A model generated the notes under the pieces. That model was given only the letters and a program-made list of their open reading frames with translations. It was not told the origin of the DNA and searched no databases. The position numbers and the translations under genes were made by a program. A stretch of DNA of 63,927 nucleotides, filler included, from Atractiella rhizophila (taxonomy: Eukaryota), in NCBI GenBank assembly GCA_021432655.1. It is 4 parts of 4 records of this genome, joined end to end, with 100 filler letters (N's around TTAATTAATTAA, not from the genome) between each part and the next. Parts side by side here need not be neighbours in the genome. Positions count along the whole stretch, not along the records: positions 14,220 to 37,781 come from MU271457.1; 3 more parts are not named here. The stretch is one strand, 5' to 3'. Position 1 is the stretch's first letter; every line of letters begins with the position of its first letter. This document shows positions 23,853 to 35,389 of the stretch, in pieces.

Positions 23853-26734
23853 ATGTCCACATCCAGAGCGAAAGCATGGAGGATTCCTACAGCTCAGGAG
23901 ATCGAATCGTCACAGTTTACCAAGCTCATCAACTTCGTAAATGAGCGACATGGTTTGAAGTTGGATGGGTACTGGGAGCTGCATAGGTGGAGTTTGGAAG
24001 AGAGCAATGATTTCTGGAGGGCCATCTGGGACTTTCGCGGATTGATAGGAGAAGTGGGAGGAGGGCTGGTCAGTTAATGGGTCAGAGTCGCGACTTGACA
24101 CTGATGCATCTGTAGTTTTTCGATGGGTGAGCCCACGCCCCGACAGCGAGCGTGAATCAGAGCCACGGTTAATCTTCTGTAACAGCTCCAAGCCAATGTG
24201 GCCGCCTTACAACACCATGCCCAACCTGCGCCTAAACTTTTCTGAGAACATCCTCTTGGCTCACCGAAACGCGCGTTCGAAAGATCGTATCGCAGTTGTG
24301 AATTGTATCGAACCAACACCAGGTCATTCGAAGCCTCGAACGCTCAAATCTCTTTCTTGGGCTCAACTCTACGACGAAGTCTTTTGGACGAGCGCGGCGC
24401 TCAAATCTTCATGCGGTTTGAAGGAGAGGGACGTCGTCGCGTGCTTTGGACCCAATAATGCAGAGGCCATCGTTGCGGTTTTGGCGACTGCCTCTTTCGG
24501 AGGCATCTTCAGTAGCAGTGCCACTGAGTTTGGCGCCAAGGCAGTATTAGAGAGATTTGAACAGGTGTGGATAATGATGCCGATTCAAAAGTGAAACTGA
24601 ATCAGGAATAGATTTCGCCAAAGGTCATTTTTACGGCAGATAAGAGACAATATGCTGGAAAGATCGTGGATATTTATCCTAAACTCCTCGAAATACTCAA
24701 GTCTCTTCCAACTGTTCAACACGTTGTCGTCGGCAAGTCCTCCAGGGAGTTTCTGCCATGTTGCTGATCAATGATCAGTGGGCCAAATGGAACAGAATCG
24801 ATCGCCAAAGAGCTTGCCGACCGCCGATGACCAGCTTAAGGGCGTCAAATTCTGGAAATACGACGAATTCTTGGCAGCAGGAAGGAAGAGTGCAAGTGTG
24901 GCTGGAAAGACAGAGATTCAATTTTGGAGAGGACCTGCATACTCGCCGCTTTGGATCCTATACTCTTCAGGTGGCCATCCGTCTCTAAAACCTGAGCACC
25001 AGTGTTGACAATGTTGTTAGGGACGACGGGTAAACCGAAGAGTATTGTGCATACATCTGGTGGGTGAGTTGTCGCATTGGTGATCATCCGAGAGCGAGAT
25101 GGTTTACAGAGGAAACAGGATGATTTTAGCCTCTGCAGCGGCAGGGTTCCACACAGAAACGCACGCTGGTTCAGCATTGATGCAGGTGCGCTCCTCGATC
25201 CCTCACAGTTCAGGTTCTTGATGCATTCCACAAGTTCTCAACATTAGCGTGGATGATGTGGAATGCCAGTGTCATGAACATGATAAACGGGACCAGAATT
25301 ATCGGTAAGCGATAGCCCCTCTATAATATAAGTGCTGAAGAAGGTCGCAGCCTATGAGGGTTCACCACTGATCCCAACTTCCATTTTGTGGGACCTAGTC
25401 GAAGAGCACAAGTACCTTTCCGACCACAAGACTAAGTTCGTGTAGAGCTGACAGTCGTAATAGAGTTACGTATGTTGGTTTGTCGCCTCGATATTTGCAG
25501 GTTTTACAACAGCAAGGCTACCTTCCCAACAAGAAACATGATTTGAGCGCACTCGAGTGCGCTTTAACCGCAGGTTCGCCTCTCAAACCGGAACTGTACG
25601 ATTTCATACGAGACCATATAAGTTCGACCATGCAACTTGCAAATGGCTCAGGTGGTATGAAGTTTTTCGTCCCCTTGAACTGCGTCCATTCTTTTATTTG
25701 GTTTTTAGGGACGGACATATGCGGGGCATTCATTGGTGACTCTCAATGAGATTTCTCGTTTGCCTCCTCATGCTAGATCCAGGTGGCTGTAGCATTCTAC
25801 CCGTGTATCAGGCGGGACAAATCCAGGTTCCGTACCTTGCGTTCGTCTTCTTCCTCCCTTGAACGCCGAAAGTCATTCAAAGCTGCTAGCATGGACGTTC
25901 AAGCGTGGGATGACAAAGGTAATTCTGTTTGGGATCGACAAGGAAACATGGTGTGTTGTATCCAGAACTTGACACATTCTGCTCATATGAAATCGTAGAT
26001 ATGCACCCGCCCATTTCCCAATATGCCCATGCAGTTCTGGGGGGACGCAAAGCACGAACGACTTCGGTCCTCGTACTTTGATTCTTACAGCCACAAAATT
26101 GTTTGGGATCATAGCGATGTGAGTGTCCATCAAGTCTCGCAACTTTTCATGACTTGAGGCAGTGGATTGAGCGGTTTTCGGACGGAGGTGGATATGTCAT
26201 CTACGGACGGTCTGATGGAGTGTTGAACCCGGGAGGGGTGAGATTCGGTTCTGCAGAGCTATACGATGCGTTCGAGAATCTGGAGGAAATTCAGGATAGC
26301 ATTGCAGTTGGCCAAAAGCTTGGAGACGGCGATGAGCGAGTGTGAGTACCTCCCATGGCAGAACATTGGCCCTCATTGTGAATTAATTCTCTAGCATCTT
26401 GTTCGTTAAAACGGCTGGGGATCGGGAGCTTGACCAAAATATTGTCAACGCCATTCGTCAGAACATTGTCGAGAAATTGAGTCGTCGTCATCTTCCGGCC
26501 AAGATTGTTCAGTGTCCAGCAATCCCTGTGAGTTCCTGCGTCCTCGTCGTATTAGCTTTGACGATTTAATAGTACACTGTCAACATGAAGAAGATGGAAG
26601 TCGCCGTCAAAAAGCTCGTTAATGGGGTCCGCCTCTCTGATCTAAACGTTTCTTCGTGTGAGAATCCTCAGAGTCTCAGCTTTTTCGTCGACCATCCAGA
26701 TATCAATCTGAAGACGGTGAGATCAAGGCTATAA
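23853..26734 (+). CDS. Acetoacetyl-CoA synthetase, multi-exon, C-terminal SRL
   Basis: YWELHRWS..FWRAIWDF, LNFSENIL, ILYSSGTTGKPKSIVH, SGGTDIC and GRSDGVLNPGGVRFGSAELY; ends ..KTVRSRL*. Confidence 0.93.
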
Positions 26735-27249
26735 TATAAACGGGGGGCTTTGGTCAAAATAGTGACTCTAACGTGCTAAATAGAGTGGGCGATAAGAAGA
26801 GGAGTGAGTTAGAAGACATGACTCGGAAGACATCTGTGTGATAACGACGTTCATTTCTACGTGAGCACTTCGGTCTGATACAGAGACATAACCACTACAC
26901 AGTACCATGCAATGAGACAAAAGACCTCAAACTGAACAGGAAAGAAGGATTAAACGGCGAGAGATTGCAAGGCGCATAATGGTTAACCGAACGTTCAATG
27001 TCATACGGTGATCATGAGACAGAAAGCCGAAGGTAAAAGGGATGATCACAGATGCTAGAAACATTGATACCCAAGACGAACAATAAAATGATTGACTCTA
27101 GGTGCTCTGCACAAATCGTGTCTCAGAGGCTTATTCCGAACATACCACAAAAATACTGATAAGTCACTTGTCGGTCGTAAGTGTCATAAAACTCGTCGAT
27201 CATCGCTCCGTTCGTCATAAAGCAAAAGAAATTGTGAAAGTAGTGTGGG

Positions 27250-30200
27250 CTATCGATTGCCCTGTGCAGTTTTGTTTGTGGCTTCTCGGCGGTCCAAAAG
27301 ATGAATGGCGCCCATCAAAGAAAACATCATGACACCGGCTTGAGCAAGCGTCTGATCGTAGTTCCCCAAAGCAGAGAGTTGATATGCCAGATCTTGCATA
27401 TTGTCGTCCAATCCGAGCCTCCCCAAGATGCGGGACAATTCGTCGCGGACTGAGCTAGAGGAATACGGTTCCATCCGTCGATTGCGATCCGTTCCGCCTA
27501 CCAGAGTGTCCCCGTCAGAGAAATCACCTACTACAGAATCAAAAGAGTTCAATGTCATCGAAGGGCCCGTACCATCGCTGAAGAGACCAGAGTCAGACAT
27601 TCCCCTTTGTCTTGCCGCCGGCGGTCGCATCGGAGGCTGCCGCACTGAGTATGCTGGATCAAAATGGACGGCCGGGGGTCGATTGTTTTGTCTCTCGAGA
27701 GCAGTTTTCAAATCGGAGATCTGTTGCATCAGTTGTTGAAGAAGCTCCTTGTCCTTTACTCGGTCATTAGCAGAGATAGCAGTAAGGCGATACAACTTGC
27801 CATTGAAGAACCAGCTGACAGAGCTGCCTGGGCGTCTGGGGTAGGTGTGCGTGATCTTTGACGCTCACTCTCCGGAGTTGGCGTACGCGATCTATCATGA
27901 GGAACAACCTCGCGACCGGACGACGAATGTGACGGAGAACGGATTGACGAAGATAATGTCGAGGAGGACATGGAGGGCGGAGGTGACAAAGAAGAGTGCC
28001 TTGGCTAAAACCGGTCTTGAGCAGAGATGAAAGAATTGCATAGTTTTACTCACGTCATCAGGAAGGCCAGATACCAAACCCAACGAGTTCCCGGAATGAT
28101 CGGCAGATGACGACTCGTCGCTAGAGATGGAAGTATCCCCATTGGTAACTGTCGATCCACTCTGAGCTCCAGCAGACTGCCTTCTCCTTTCTCGTTGATC
28201 TCGCAGAGCAATCTGAGCAGTCACCTTCTTTAATTTCTGTTTTCCGTCCAGATGCTCCGGATCGAGCTCGACCAGGGCTGAATAAGTTTCTCTTGCCTGC
28301 TCAATTGATCCAAGGTGGTACTCATATAGTTGAGCAAGGTTGTACAGCGCCGTGGTACTGTTTGGTTGAAGTTCCAGCGACGACTGAAAAGCTGCTTCCG
28401 CCAACTTGTATGTGTCGCGGGCACTTCGACTGTCATCCTGCAGGATGGAAGCGTCCGTACCACAGTACAGGACTCCAAGGGAGAGATAATATGATGGGAG
28501 GACCGGGCCAACCTCAATAGCCTTGCGACTGTTCGTCGTCGTTTAATGGTGTTGTCCGAGAAAGGGAGGACTCAGCACTCACTAGTATTGCTCTGCAAGT
28601 TTGTAATGATCCCGCTTGCTATCTTTATCCTGCGCATCATTTGCCTTTTTGTTGTGGACCCTGGCAAGTTGGTACCATGTATGTGCATCATCTTCCACTA
28701 GAGGCAATGTTAAAAACAGATACAATTCAAGGGAGAAAGAATCTCGTACCAAGACTAGCCGCCTTCTTGAGACAATCCATGGACTTCTGAATGAAGGGAG
28801 TGGGGTCAGCTTCCTCTTTGAGACCGTCTTGGTAATCCATGGCTTGATAATATAGACTTCCCAGATCTCGCCAAGCAGTAAAATAGTCGTCGCAGATTTG
28901 CAAAGAGTTGCGGCTGCGGGATGTCAGCTCTGAAACAACAGCATAGAGGTCAACTTACTAAGCGCAAACAGCATTTCGGAACTCCTTTTCAAATTGTTGG
29001 GCATAGATGTCGCCAACCTTCTCCTTCATCGCTGTCCATCGGTCGTTATGTATCGTCGCAATGACATACCACGAATCAGAGTCTCGTTTGTCTAATGCCA
29101 CCATTAACCGCGAGCATTGAGTATTCACATCTAACGAACTTACCGACGCGAATGCCCTGTGTTAAATAGCCCAAAGCGGTCTTGAGGTGAGGGTTCTCAT
29201 CTGCAGGAACCTTAAGAGGGTACGAGTCCTTGTAGAGCATCCCAAGATCTCTATAGATTGAGACGTCCTTAGGATTCTTTTTCAGTTCCTCCGTCAAGGT
29301 ATACTTCCTGAGCAAGAACTACGAAGAGATAGTCAGTATTGTTTCCACTACCCGAGGATGAAAGCAAACCTCTTTCCGCTTTTCGTAAATCCTATCCCTT
29401 GCTACACCTTTACCCTCCACAAACGGGTAATCCTCAGAGTCAACACCACCCTCCTTTGTGACCGAGGCAACCTCCCTCTCAGCCTTCTCCTGGCGAAGTC
29501 TCTCCTTCTCACTCCTGCGTTCCTCACGAAGTCTCTCCTTCTCTTCCTTCTTCTTCGCTCTCTCCGCCCTCCGCGCCAATTGAGCCTCTTTTGCTTCCTT
29601 CCTCGCTTGCTTCTCCTCCTTCCTTATGGCCTCAGCCTGATCAAAAGCAGTGATGGGACGCTGAGATGGAGGAGGATAGAGAGGCAGATTTGAAGATCCG
29701 AACCACTCATGTGGAGCAAAAGCATCTTCATCCGTTGAAGCCGCAATTAGTCTCAAAGGGTCGGAGACGGAGCGCTCCATTTTGGTGGGTCTGGAAGGAG
29801 GTGTTGAATGGATGGGTTTGAATTGCTTTCTCAACGTGAGTGTTGGCTCTCGGTCACCTTCGCTGCTCCCGCTCGCTTGTCCAGAATCGAACCCCGCTGC
29901 TCCCTTGTCTGGGGAATTCGGGAAGCTCTCTCCAATTCCGCTGTCTCGCAATGCCATTTGTGCGTCGGCTTCAGGGACGACCAGACCACGGGACTGATGC
30001 GTCCTTCCTACACTTTCAGCCATTGCTCTCCTCTTAGAACTGCGCGACTGATTGCTGCTGCCCAATCCAGTCGCCTCCGCAATCTGCCTGATCTCATCCT
30101 CCCACCCTTCTTCACCTCTCCCCGACTTCTGTGACGCACTCCCGCTGCTCACTGACCTCCCACTCCCGTTCAGCAGCTCTTCGCCCCTTCTCCCGCTAGC

Positions 30201-30920
30201 CAGCATCCTCTCCATCCTCTCCATCTCCCTCGTTTGGCTCAACTCTTCCTCCTCCTCCCTCTCTCTCCACATCCTCGCTTCGTCAACAAGGGTAAGGCCT
30301 TTGATTCCGCACGTCGATGTGCTACTGTAGTCAGGAGTGGAGACGCGCATTCTGTGCACGTCAACAATGTCAGAGATGGAAGGTCTCCCTTTGGAAGATT
30401 TGAGGGTGTGAGCGCTTTCGGATGTTGTGCGCTTTCGAGAAATACTATCTTGTTCGTGTTGCTGGGTGCGAAAGTCTTGAGGATCAGTAAAGACTCTTTG
30501 ATCTCGACTTTGCAAAGATCTGAAGTTCTTCTTCGTCACGGTATTGTTTCTGCTCAATCCACCGTTACCAGTATAAGTGTCGTCCTTTTCCTTTCCGGTG
30601 AATCGATACTCAGTTGGAGTCTTGCTATCCCTCTCTCGATTCAGATCGAAAGGACTGCCACTCAAACTCGAGTGGTAACTACGAACGTCGCCTTCTGGTT
30701 CCTCAAGCTCACTGACGCTGACGCTGCTTACCGTTCGGCTTTTGAAAGAGCTCTGAGACGTGGTGGAAATGGTAGTCGCCGACTTGTCGGAGACGTACGT
30801 CGAAGTGGGAGAGATAGGACGAGGTATACCGGAACCGGAGATGGAGCGATGAGATTTTGGGCGTGACCGTTTTGAGGTGGTGGAAGAATGTTCAGAAGGT
30901 TCGGTGTACTCACTATCCAA
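27250..30920 (-). CDS. Large TPR-containing protein with long disordered/coiled-coil N-terminus (start codon unresolved)
   Basis: 533-aa low-complexity exon and TPR-like segments (KNPKDVSIYRDLGMLY; AEAAFQSSLELQPNSTTALYNLAQLY). Intron 28053-28005 links to the Ser/Pro-rich exon and then to ORF 27250-27795. Confidence 0.7.
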
Positions 30921-32167
30921 AAACGAAGGAGGGAAGGAAAGGGAATCAGTTCAGCGCATTGGGTTGGTTTTAAAGCATGCAGAGACCGAAAGAACAGGTC
31001 GCAAAGGCAAGGATGCCCAAATTGAAAAGCAAGCAGTTGGACAGCATGAAAAGGTATTGGGCTCCCTGGACATGCTGAAACGACTTTCGACGTGCGCGTT
31101 CTTTCCCTCACAACTTGCTTTCGCCCAACCAAACCGGCAGGCTACGAACGTTCTTCCGAACTCAACACATCACCTCGACTCAAGACAGCATCTTCTCCGA
31201 TCCGACTTCGTTCAGGTCTGATCTCCTCAATTCTCAGGGTTTGTGGAATAAAGCGCAACCACGTGAATGCGCCCATAAAGATAAGGTTTGGGTACCAGAA
31301 ACATGTATGATCCCAGGTTCCTTTGAACAGAAAAGAGGCTTCAAGGGACGCAAACAGGTTTCACTTCAAACAATGGAGAGTCGATCATACAGACTTGGAC
31401 CTTGCACGTCCATTGATGGAAAATTCATGTGAGCTGTCAACGACCAAACCCCGAGTCAAACAAACACCGAAAACAAATCCTTTAGCCCAAGGCAACCCAA
31501 GGGCAAAAGAGGAGCAGAACCAGATCGGATTCATCGCGGTCAGGTTAGGTCTTCATTGTCTTGAAGAACGTCCATTGTCAGATAGCGCGTCATTCGGCCG
31601 AGATAAGATTAGGAGAAACAGAGTTCATTCATTAAAAAGGTCCGAAAGCTTACATTGAGTTTAGAAATCGTGAATCGATAAAAACTCGAAGGGATTGAGG
31701 AAGGATCTGCGACAGCTCGCATCGCGATTCTGAGGTCAGGAGCACTGAACGCGCTTCTTAGAACTCATAATCCTCCCGAGTTGACAGATGCAGGCACACC
31801 GGGAAATGAACACCTTTGTACACCAGAGCTGACGCGGATGCGTCACTGTAGTGGTTACAATGACAATACAAGGGAGGAGAATGCAAAGGTTTCGTGCCCA
31901 AGACAAGTTGAAAAACAGAGGCCTCCTTTCGCACAATGAGGTCCGTGCACAGAGAATTCTTGGACTTTACAGGAACGTTAATAACTGCAGAGCTCTTGAC
32001 GGTTGATGCGAAGTAAAACAAAGTAAGGGATACAATAAAACCAGCACGAATTAAGCAGAAAGGCAGCGTGATACCTTGATACAACTACAAAACGTGTAAA
32101 GAACGGACATAGAGATTAAAAACTGGAAATATTTCACGCCACCGCTGCAAGAAACAGTAGGAGACAC

Positions 32168-32479
32168 TCACGTTACGGCAGGACTCAGGAGATGCCTGTC
32201 AACCTGAAAGACATTGCTCCACCTATCCCTGAAGAACACTGGATCCATCCTCCTGCTCTCCGTAATCCAAGGCTTGTCCTCCTCATTGATCTGATCCTGC
32301 TTCTTGTGGCTAGGCCATGGTCTGGTCACTGGTGGAGGCTCTAAGGGTCTACCTGAGCGTGACAAACGGGGTCTTGAGAGTGCAGGAGGGGTGGAGGCTG
32401 ATCTCAGCGGATATCCACTGAGGGACGGGGGAGGAGTGAGATCGTCTGGAATCGGAGTCGACGCCCGTCTTTGTTCCAT
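32168..32479 (-). CDS. Hypothetical Pro-rich protein, first exon only; 3' structure unresolved
   Basis: ATG-initiated MEQRRASTPIPDD.. frame ending at donor-like gtaacgtgagt. No recognisable domain. Confidence 0.3.
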   Translation of the reverse strand: MEQRRASTPIPDDLTPPPSLSGYPLRSASTPPALSRPRLSRSGRPLEPPPVTRPWPSHKKQDQINEEDKPWITESRRMDPVFFRDRWSNVFQVDRHLLSPAVT

Positions 32480-33275
32480 TGATGGGATATGTGCGTGGCG
32501 GTAGTTGTGTAGAGTATCAAAAGAGCTGAATAAAGGACTGATGGTCAGAGTCGAGAGAGGAAGTTGGTCGATGGGCTGGCCCTCAAGAAGAAAGTTTTGG
32601 CACAAAAGAGCTCTTCCGAGTTGTGTTCCGAACCTTCTTTTAATGACCTTATCACGACTTCGCCTCAGCGACGTCGAGCAAGACAATCTCACTTGGATCT
32701 GGCTAGATGGATGGGCTAGGAAAAGCTGCAGCAGGGCTAGGCAAGGGCTAGGATTGAAGGGAGATGGTGAGTAGCTCAGCAACGCTGTCCGTTTTAAGAC
32801 GAATCGTGTCTCCGAGAGATTATTCTATTCTACCTTGCTTAGGCATGTACTTATTATCGTTCAGTTCATCATAGAGTCACCCAAAGAACTCCAGAGTGTC
32901 AGAGACCTCTAGCTTTCTCTTCAAAGCCGCGCTGTATCGGCTGCAGCTTCATCAGGAACACATAACTTTGAACAACCTTCCCAACTACGTTACGTCTGCT
33001 ACGGAACGCTTGGGTGCAGCACCTTCTGATTCTGTATCAGGGCGACCCAGTTCAGACCACTCAGGTTGAGAAAAATATTTGGGGACGACTTCTTGGAGTT
33101 TGAGCTGAGGTGTAAATTAAGACGAGGCACCAAAATGATCCCTTTCCACTTTCACCCCATCCCGATAGAACCACTTTTTATCTGGTTGGCTTCACAATCA
33201 ACATGACAACAATCAACAATTGAAATTCTCCATCGGTACGGACGTTGGTTCTCCGCAACAGGGTCCAATCCGTCG

Positions 33276-35117
33276 TTGACCTCAACATTCTCTCTCCGAC
33301 CCAGTGCTATTTTTCTCCTTCATCTTCATACTTTAATTTTGAACGTGCTGATTCAAGAACATCGAAATGGTTCGGAGAAGGAGGATTCGGATGAAGAGGA
33401 GGCAACTCCGGCATCCTCTGATCTGCTTTCTTCTTCGTCTGATCCTGTTCCATCTGGACATAGGTGGGACTCGCCAGCCCTCGTCCATATTATCGCGCCA
33501 GAGCCATACAGTGACAGTCCGCCACAGCTCCACCTCTCCATTCTTCCATCTTTCATATCTCTCCTGCCTCATTCAATTCGCACGATACGAGTCTCTTTCA
33601 TCATCGATCCTGAGCCAACCTTGGAGCCGTTGGAAAAATCCTCCGAATCCCTCAGAGAGTCTTTACCACGACTGCGGCCGACATTATCCAATTTCTCGCT
33701 TGAATATCTCTGGGGTTCGCTCGGAAGTAAGGTGGACAAGGATGATGCAGCGAAGCTTTATCTCCTCATCCAGTGTGAAAATGCCGAAGTCAGCTTTACT
33801 AGGGATGACTGTTTGAGGAGCTTTGACGGCGCCTATGACTTATTGGAGGACACTCTCGACCTCCCTCTCCACTCAGAAAGTCGCTCTCAGGCGATATTTG
33901 CCCCCGTCCCGTTCTTTTCGTTCGGCGACAGTGAGAGCAATACAACCATTATCCAGCTTTCGCACCCTCTAGCTTCCCGGGTTTGCTTTATATCACGCTT
34001 GCCTCCCGAGATCCTCTCCGTCATCATCGATTTCGTCGAACCTAACCCATGCATGGCTTCCACTCTCGCTGACGTCTGCGAGCTCTGGAGGACAATCTCC
34101 GCTCCATATCAGGACTATCCGAAGGGAAGACATGCTCACTTGAAACGTTATCCTGGCGCAGGACGCCTGTGGACAGAGCTACACTTCTTTGGTGAAAATG
34201 ACCCGCAGATAGCGAAAGAGCTCGTCATAGGCGCCCCGAATGTCACATCTGTGTGGTTGCATGCATTTTGGAATGAAGAGCAGGCAAAGATGGTGTTGGA
34301 TGCAATCGTGAGCTTGAAAAAGGTGAAGGAGGTTTCATTTGACTATTGGGGGGAAAATTGGGGGAGAAAATGGAATAATGCGGAGGTGGAGAGCTTTACG
34401 CAGAGGATGGGTGACGGGATCACGAAGCTCTCTGCATCAGGCGTGAAGGATTCCTCTTCCACCTCCTCTGCCGATTCCCAGTCGCTTTCAGTTGGCCTTC
34501 AATTATCTCCTAACTTGATATCCCTATACCTGTATGATTACCCACCTCTTCCATCGCTCTCCCTCCCACAAGGTCTTCGTCACCTAGATCTCTCCGTTCT
34601 ATGTCCCCTCCCTCCCTCCATCTCAAGCTCCCCTCTACCATCTCTTCTAAAACGTCTCTTGATCCACCTTGAATCTTACTGGGCCAATGGAACTATCTCC
34701 ATGCTACCCTCTTCACTGGACCTATCGCACCTTACACAGCTCACTTTCCTCTCCCTCGATGGTGGCGCGGAAACCTCAAACCTCGTTTCCTACAAGTTCT
34801 TCAACACTCTCAAAACTGCAACGGTGATAGAAAACATAAGCATTTGGTATTGTGTGGTGGAGTCGCCCGGCTTCCCCGAGTTCATCTCCTGGTTCTTTGG
34901 AGATCGAGGATTGAAGACGGAGGCTGATGAGGACGAATCTGTAAAGGGTAACTCGAGAATAGGGCGAGCTCTAAGTGTATGTCTATTCTTTGGAGAATGG
35001 GACGAAGAGGACATGCGGATTGCAAGGAGGACGATGAGAGAGTGCGGGGCGAGAGAGAGGAGCACAGGGGATGTCTTTGGGCCAAGCGGAGTTTGTGGGG
35101 AGTGCATGGAGGAGTGA
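33276..35117 (+). CDS. Internal-F-box/LRR-like protein in a single long exon (true start unresolved)
   Basis: 613-codon ORF with ISRLPPEILSVIIDF..LADVCELWRTIS followed by LRR-like segments. Confidence 0.75.
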   Translation: MTSTFSLRPSAIFLLHLHTLILNVLIQEHRNGSEKEDSDEEEATPASSDLLSSSSDPVPSGHRWDSPALVHIIAPEPYSDSPPQLHLSILPSFISLLPHSIRTIRVSFIIDPEPTLEPLEKSSESLRESLPRLRPTLSNFSLEYLWGSLGSKVDKDDAAKLYLLIQCENAEVSFTRDDCLRSFDGAYDLLEDTLDLPLHSESRSQAIFAPVPFFSFGDSESNTTIIQLSHPLASRVCFISRLPPEILSVIIDFVEPNPCMASTLADVCELWRTISAPYQDYPKGRHAHLKRYPGAGRLWTELHFFGENDPQIAKELVIGAPNVTSVWLHAFWNEEQAKMVLDAIVSLKKVKEVSFDYWGENWGRKWNNAEVESFTQRMGDGITKLSASGVKDSSSTSSADSQSLSVGLQLSPNLISLYLYDYPPLPSLSLPQGLRHLDLSVLCPLPPSISSSPLPSLLKRLLIHLESYWANGTISMLPSSLDLSHLTQLTFLSLDGGAETSNLVSYKFFNTLKTATVIENISIWYCVVESPGFPEFISWFFGDRGLKTEADEDESVKGNSRIGRALSVCLFFGEWDEEDMRIARRTMRECGARERSTGDVFGPSGVCGECMEE

Positions 35118-35389
35118 TTTTGATCATACCGAGATATCCGAATTACAAGCGCGACGCGAGGATTGGATTCTCATACTAGGTGTTTCGTGTTCACACGTTG
35201 GTGGAAGGGGAATCCGCTTACAGTGACCCTTACTTCAAAGCTCCAAAATGTCGTTTGCATTAGTTAAGCCGTTCAATCCGGTTAAAACCGCTCCAACGTA
35301 GTGCTCATATTTCGAACGTGTCCGAGTTGTCAAATTCACCCAAAAAGGTATGCATTCCATCTCACATCAACATCAACATCATTCGTGCC

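Noticed and set aside
27895..28053. Hydrophobic tail-anchor-like C-terminus on the TPR protein
   Set aside because: It is produced by retaining a canonical 49-nt intron. The hydrophobicity is what a shifted Ser/Pro-rich frame gives by chance.
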